Source of the DNA: the human T2T-CHM13v2.0 reference genome, Homo sapiens
Direction: 5' to 3' (one strand)
NCBI RefSeq assembly: GCF_009914755.1
Contig: NC_060938.1
DNA length: 64,000 nt
Shown in pieces: positions 59,624 through 64,000 of the stretch (positions are counted from its first letter, which is position 1; the number at the start of each line of letters is the position of its first letter). Position numbers and translations under genes: made by a program. The notes below the pieces were generated by a model, which ran no database searches, was not told the DNA's origin, and saw only the letters and a list, made by a program, of their open reading frames with translations.

Positions 59624-60429
59624 CAGACAAATCAGCAGGCATGAACATTTTCAGGAAGAAATGTATCAAGATATGAAAGTACTGATAACTCAATGCTATT
59701 TAAAGTTTTCCTCTTCTAATTCTAGCTATGAAAAATTAATTTGTATTAGGCCATCCCACCTGGCAAGAACAATTATGAAAGCTGGATAAAATTAATTAAA
59801 AATAAGTAGCTATTTAAGGGCTTCTGATAGCAATCAAAGTATCCAGAACTTGAGTGTGTAAGCTCTCAGAAAGAAGAGAAACACATTGAATTGATTTCAA
59901 CATTCTCCACAACCTTTCATTTGGATACATTTGCTGAGCAGATAGCTAAGAAGAAAATGGTAGCTCAAAGATGTTAGAAATCTGGTAGGCCTGCATAGAC
60001 AACAATTGGAATTCATGACTATCATGGTGGCCAGGGCTTGATAAAGGGCCAGTAGAAACAAAACAATTTCGTTTTGTTTTTCCTTCACAGCATTTTCTGA
60101 TTCTTTAGTTGCAGAAGGTGAGCAACTAAGAAGCTTAGCATAAAATGGAGCTACCCGACTAAAAGGAAGTTAAGCAGACCTCTCAACAAAAGGATAGACA
60201 AAATTGGAGTTCAACAAGGAACAGAGGACCTAGAAATCTCCGTAGGCATTGAGACCCCTAAAAAGCTAATTCCTAGCTGAAAAGGCAAACTAGAAATGCA
60301 CCAGCTGCCACAAAAACTGAAATCTAACCTCAAGGCATTTCAGTCTGATTAGACCAAGAGGATCTACCTCTAAGCCAGAAGAAAACTACAATTTCTTTGG
60401 AGGGAGATCCCATCTAAAGACTTTTTCTC

Positions 60430-60799
<370 letters not shown>

Positions 60800-61314
60800 T
60801 CAGCAGGGCTAAATGATGCATGCACACACATGTGCGTGCACACACAAACAGAGCGAGAGTGACAGAGGGAGAGGAGAAATCCATAGCTTTAAATGTTTCC
60901 ATGTAAAGAAAATAAAAATACTTCCAAATATATTTATGAATAAATATTGTATTTATACTAAACTGGACCAAAGCTGAACACATGTGTTCTCTTCCCATCC
61001 CTTTCTCTTCGTCTCTCTCATATACACTACACACAATAAAATACAGGCCTATTCCACTAATAAATATTACTGCAAATATTCTAAAGCTGTACTTTACAAT
61101 TAAAAGTTGCAATCCCATTAAAATCATACTTCATAATCAAGTAGTGTTCATGTTAGTAAGCAAGAATGGATGACTATTAGGAAATAGTTTACTATAATTT
61201 ATCATGTTAATAGAAAAACAATAATCTCCAGAAACTTCAACATATATTACCAATTAAATAATATTAATAGAATAGTATTATAATGAGATAGATGCAATTT
61301 AATCCAAAATTCAG

Positions 61315-61627
61315 AATTTATGTGATGGTGTTTGGGTACAGGGCCTTTGGGAAGTAATAAGGTTTAGATGATGTCATGAGGGCAGGGTTCTCATGATGGA
61401 ATTAGTTCTCTTATAACATAGAAACCAGAGAGCTTGCTCTCTTTCCCTGCAATGTGAGGACAGAGTGAGAGAACTTGACTGTCTGCAAGAGAACGCTCAC
61501 CAGATAGCAAACATTCACAGATCCTGATCTTGGACTTTCCACCCTCCAGATATGTAAGAAAATACATTTCTGTTTAAACCACTCAGTCTGTGGTATTTCG
61601 TGATGACAGTTCGAGCAGACTAAGACA
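61315..61627 (+). mobile_element. MLT1A-like MaLR LTR
   Basis: GGGCCTTTGGGAAGTAATAAGGTTTAGATGA...GATCTTGGACTTTCC...CAGACTAAGACA. Confidence 0.85.
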
Positions 61628-62663
61628 AATAATGACACCATTCATGATTGTTCCCATCTACCAGTCACCAAAACAAGTTCTAACAAGATTAAAGAATAAA
61701 TTCCCCCAAAAGGTAAACTTAAAGCCTAAAAATTAGAATAAATTGTAAATAAAGATGAAAAATATAACTGGAGGCAATCAAAAACATATATATCCTAAGG
61801 AGATTGTTAAAGCTATATGAAAAATGTATGCTAAAAATCTCATTGGAGCACTATTCATAAATCTAAATAATTGTAAAAGTAACTATGGTTATATTGATTA
61901 TGGTAAATCCATATATGTTTGTTAACATAATGTGGTAATTTGTAAATGTTTATAAAGCATTCTTGTATATTAGCAAAACAATTTGAAGTATCAAATTAAA
62001 AATCCTGAATACAAACTTACATGTAAGTTATAATTCCAAGTATGTTTGAAAAATTACATATAAAAATAATGGAAGTAAATGCAACAAACTATTAACGGTA
62101 GAATTTTATTTTACAACAATTCAAAATAATGAAACAAATCCTCAGGCTTACAACTTTCAACTATGTATTGTGATTTTCTTACTATTCCATTCAGTAGGAT
62201 ACAGGTGGCATGGTTGCATTCTCAGTTTGTCAGTGTTCTCCTGGCATCATTATTAATAGTGTCCCTATCACTTTCACAAGTTTCCTGGTTTGCAGAATAA
62301 ATTATATGGTTATCTGAGATATGGGAAACCTAATTTTCTTCCTTCTTCCCCAGTAATAATCTATACAATTCTGGACAACTCACCTATCCATGAAACAATT
62401 TGATCTCTACCTTAAAATAGATATATCTCTGCTACTTAACTTCATAGAAATATTGTAAGGATTAATGAGGAGATGCTTGGAAAATACTTTGAGCTCATCA
62501 GAGAAAAGTGCTATGATATTGCCACTAATAAATTTATTTACTAGCTTGCTGAGTAGAAAGTCAAGGGAAATCAAGATTTTGTGGGTATGAGCGACAAAAC
62601 CAAATCAATCATGCATGTTCTGGAAGTCCATTTTATATAAGTTCCCCAGAGTAGAGTAGCTAG

Positions 62664-62686
62664 TGAACATAGAACTTTTCCAAAAA

Positions 62687-62736
<50 letters not shown>

Positions 62737-62770
62737 CATAGAACTTCTCCATATATATATATATAATCTA
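62664..62770. repeat. A23(TA)n run bracketed by a 19-bp direct repeat
   Basis: TGAACATAGAACTT(T/C)TCCA at 62664 and 62733. Confidence 0.85.
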
Positions 62771-63434
62771 TATATAATTAATTAGAAAAATTAGAGACAC
62801 ATAAGCTAAATTTTGGCTCTTATAGGCTATTCAGTTAGCAGTCATGAGTAAATGTATTGAACTTCTCTTTCTTGGTGAAAATATTGTGTTCCATCAAGCA
62901 CTAACCATATGGAAAGTTTGGAAGTTGAACAAAGACTGTTCATTAAGCTTGAAAGGGACAGATCAGAGCCAGCTAGCACTTTGTAACTTGGCAGTCAGGC
63001 CTCAAAATCAAGCCTATTATTTTAGTAGGCCAATTAAATTTTTTAGAAACTCAGTGGAAAGGTGGCATCTTCACACATTTTCAGCACCTTATAAATTAGG
63101 TACTTTTGCCTGGTACTAAAATATCCTTCTTGAACTTAAAAATCAAAATCAATAAATCAATCTACTTCTCAGGCAACAAAGAAGCAGATGAAAGGCAACA
63201 ACGGGGCAGATTAAACTTCTAGCAATGAATCCCAAATATACAGGAGCCTTAGTTTGATTAAGATGACAAAAAATCTCCTGGAGGAAGGGCACTCAAGTCT
63301 GGCTCATGGTCTCTTTGTTCTTCCTAAAATCTACATCCCTTGCATCAACTACAGTACTATAGTCAATGATTTGAAGTTGAAGCATAATATCTTATTTTTT
63401 CAGACATTGCAAGTATATAACAGATCACAAAGTT

Positions 63435-63668
63435 TTTTTTTCTTTTTTTTTTTTTAGACGGAGTCTCGCTCTGTCACCCAGGCTGGAGTGCAGTGGCACG
63501 ATCCTCACTGCAAGCTCCGCCTCCTGGCTTCACGCCATTCTCCTGCCTCAGCCTCCCGAGTAGCTGAGACTACAGGCGCCCGCCACTACGTCTGGCTATT
63601 TTTTTCTATTTTTCAGTAGAGACGGGGTTTCACCGTGTTAGCCAGGATGGTCGCGATCTCCTGACCTC
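63435..63668 (-). mobile_element. 5'-truncated AluY
   Basis: GCAAGCTCCGCCTCC, TTCACCGTGTTAGCCAGGATGG diagnostics; TSD GATCACAAAGTT at 63423-63434 and 63669-63680. Confidence 0.95.
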
Positions 63669-64000
63669 GATCACAAAGTTGATTATCTTTTCACTTGTCA
63701 AGTTCTTACACTGTCTATCTAAAATTCATATCTTGACCTTTCATGTCTGTCTTCAAAAACAAATCATCTCTCTTCCCACTCTCTGTCAATTGGATCTCTT
63801 TCTCTTTGCTTTGTTCTGGAGGAGAGAAAGGTATAGCTGTATTATTTTCTTCTTTGTCTGAATTAAACAGCTGTTCTTGGAGAGTGGTGAGCAGTTCTTT
63901 ATGCAAAGGAGAACTGGTTACTTAGTTTTGTACCATTTACAAAAAAAGTAAGAAAATGCTGAAAACCAGTATCTTAAAATATTCACTTTATTCAGTTTTA

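Overview
Primate, almost certainly human, genomic DNA. It reads as a mosaic of pericentromeric-type segmental duplications; I find no intact protein-coding gene and no RNA gene. There are three modules. (A) 1-27.2 kb is AT-rich and repeat-dense (Alu, L1, L2, LTRs, DNA transposons). (B) ~28.7-31.8 kb is a minus-strand genomic copy of KSR1 exon 1 with its 5' flank and probable intron 1. It sits between a ~1.5 kb (CATTT/CATCATTT)n array and a ~1.8 kb CpG-rich (GCAAAAAGCCGCGGCG)n array. (C) 33.6-64 kb is repeat-rich and holds a complete L1 3'-transduction at 58.8-59.6 kb: twin-primed L1PA end, CFTR legacy exon 9 with flanking introns and TG/T tract, poly(A) and target-site duplication. Module C also shows a string of decayed minus-strand exon-like segments, including micro-exons, that suggests an unidentified ancient multi-exon pseudogene. 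The long ORFs in the two arrays are composition artefacts. Gene and repeat-subfamily identities are from recall of reference sequences, not database searches.
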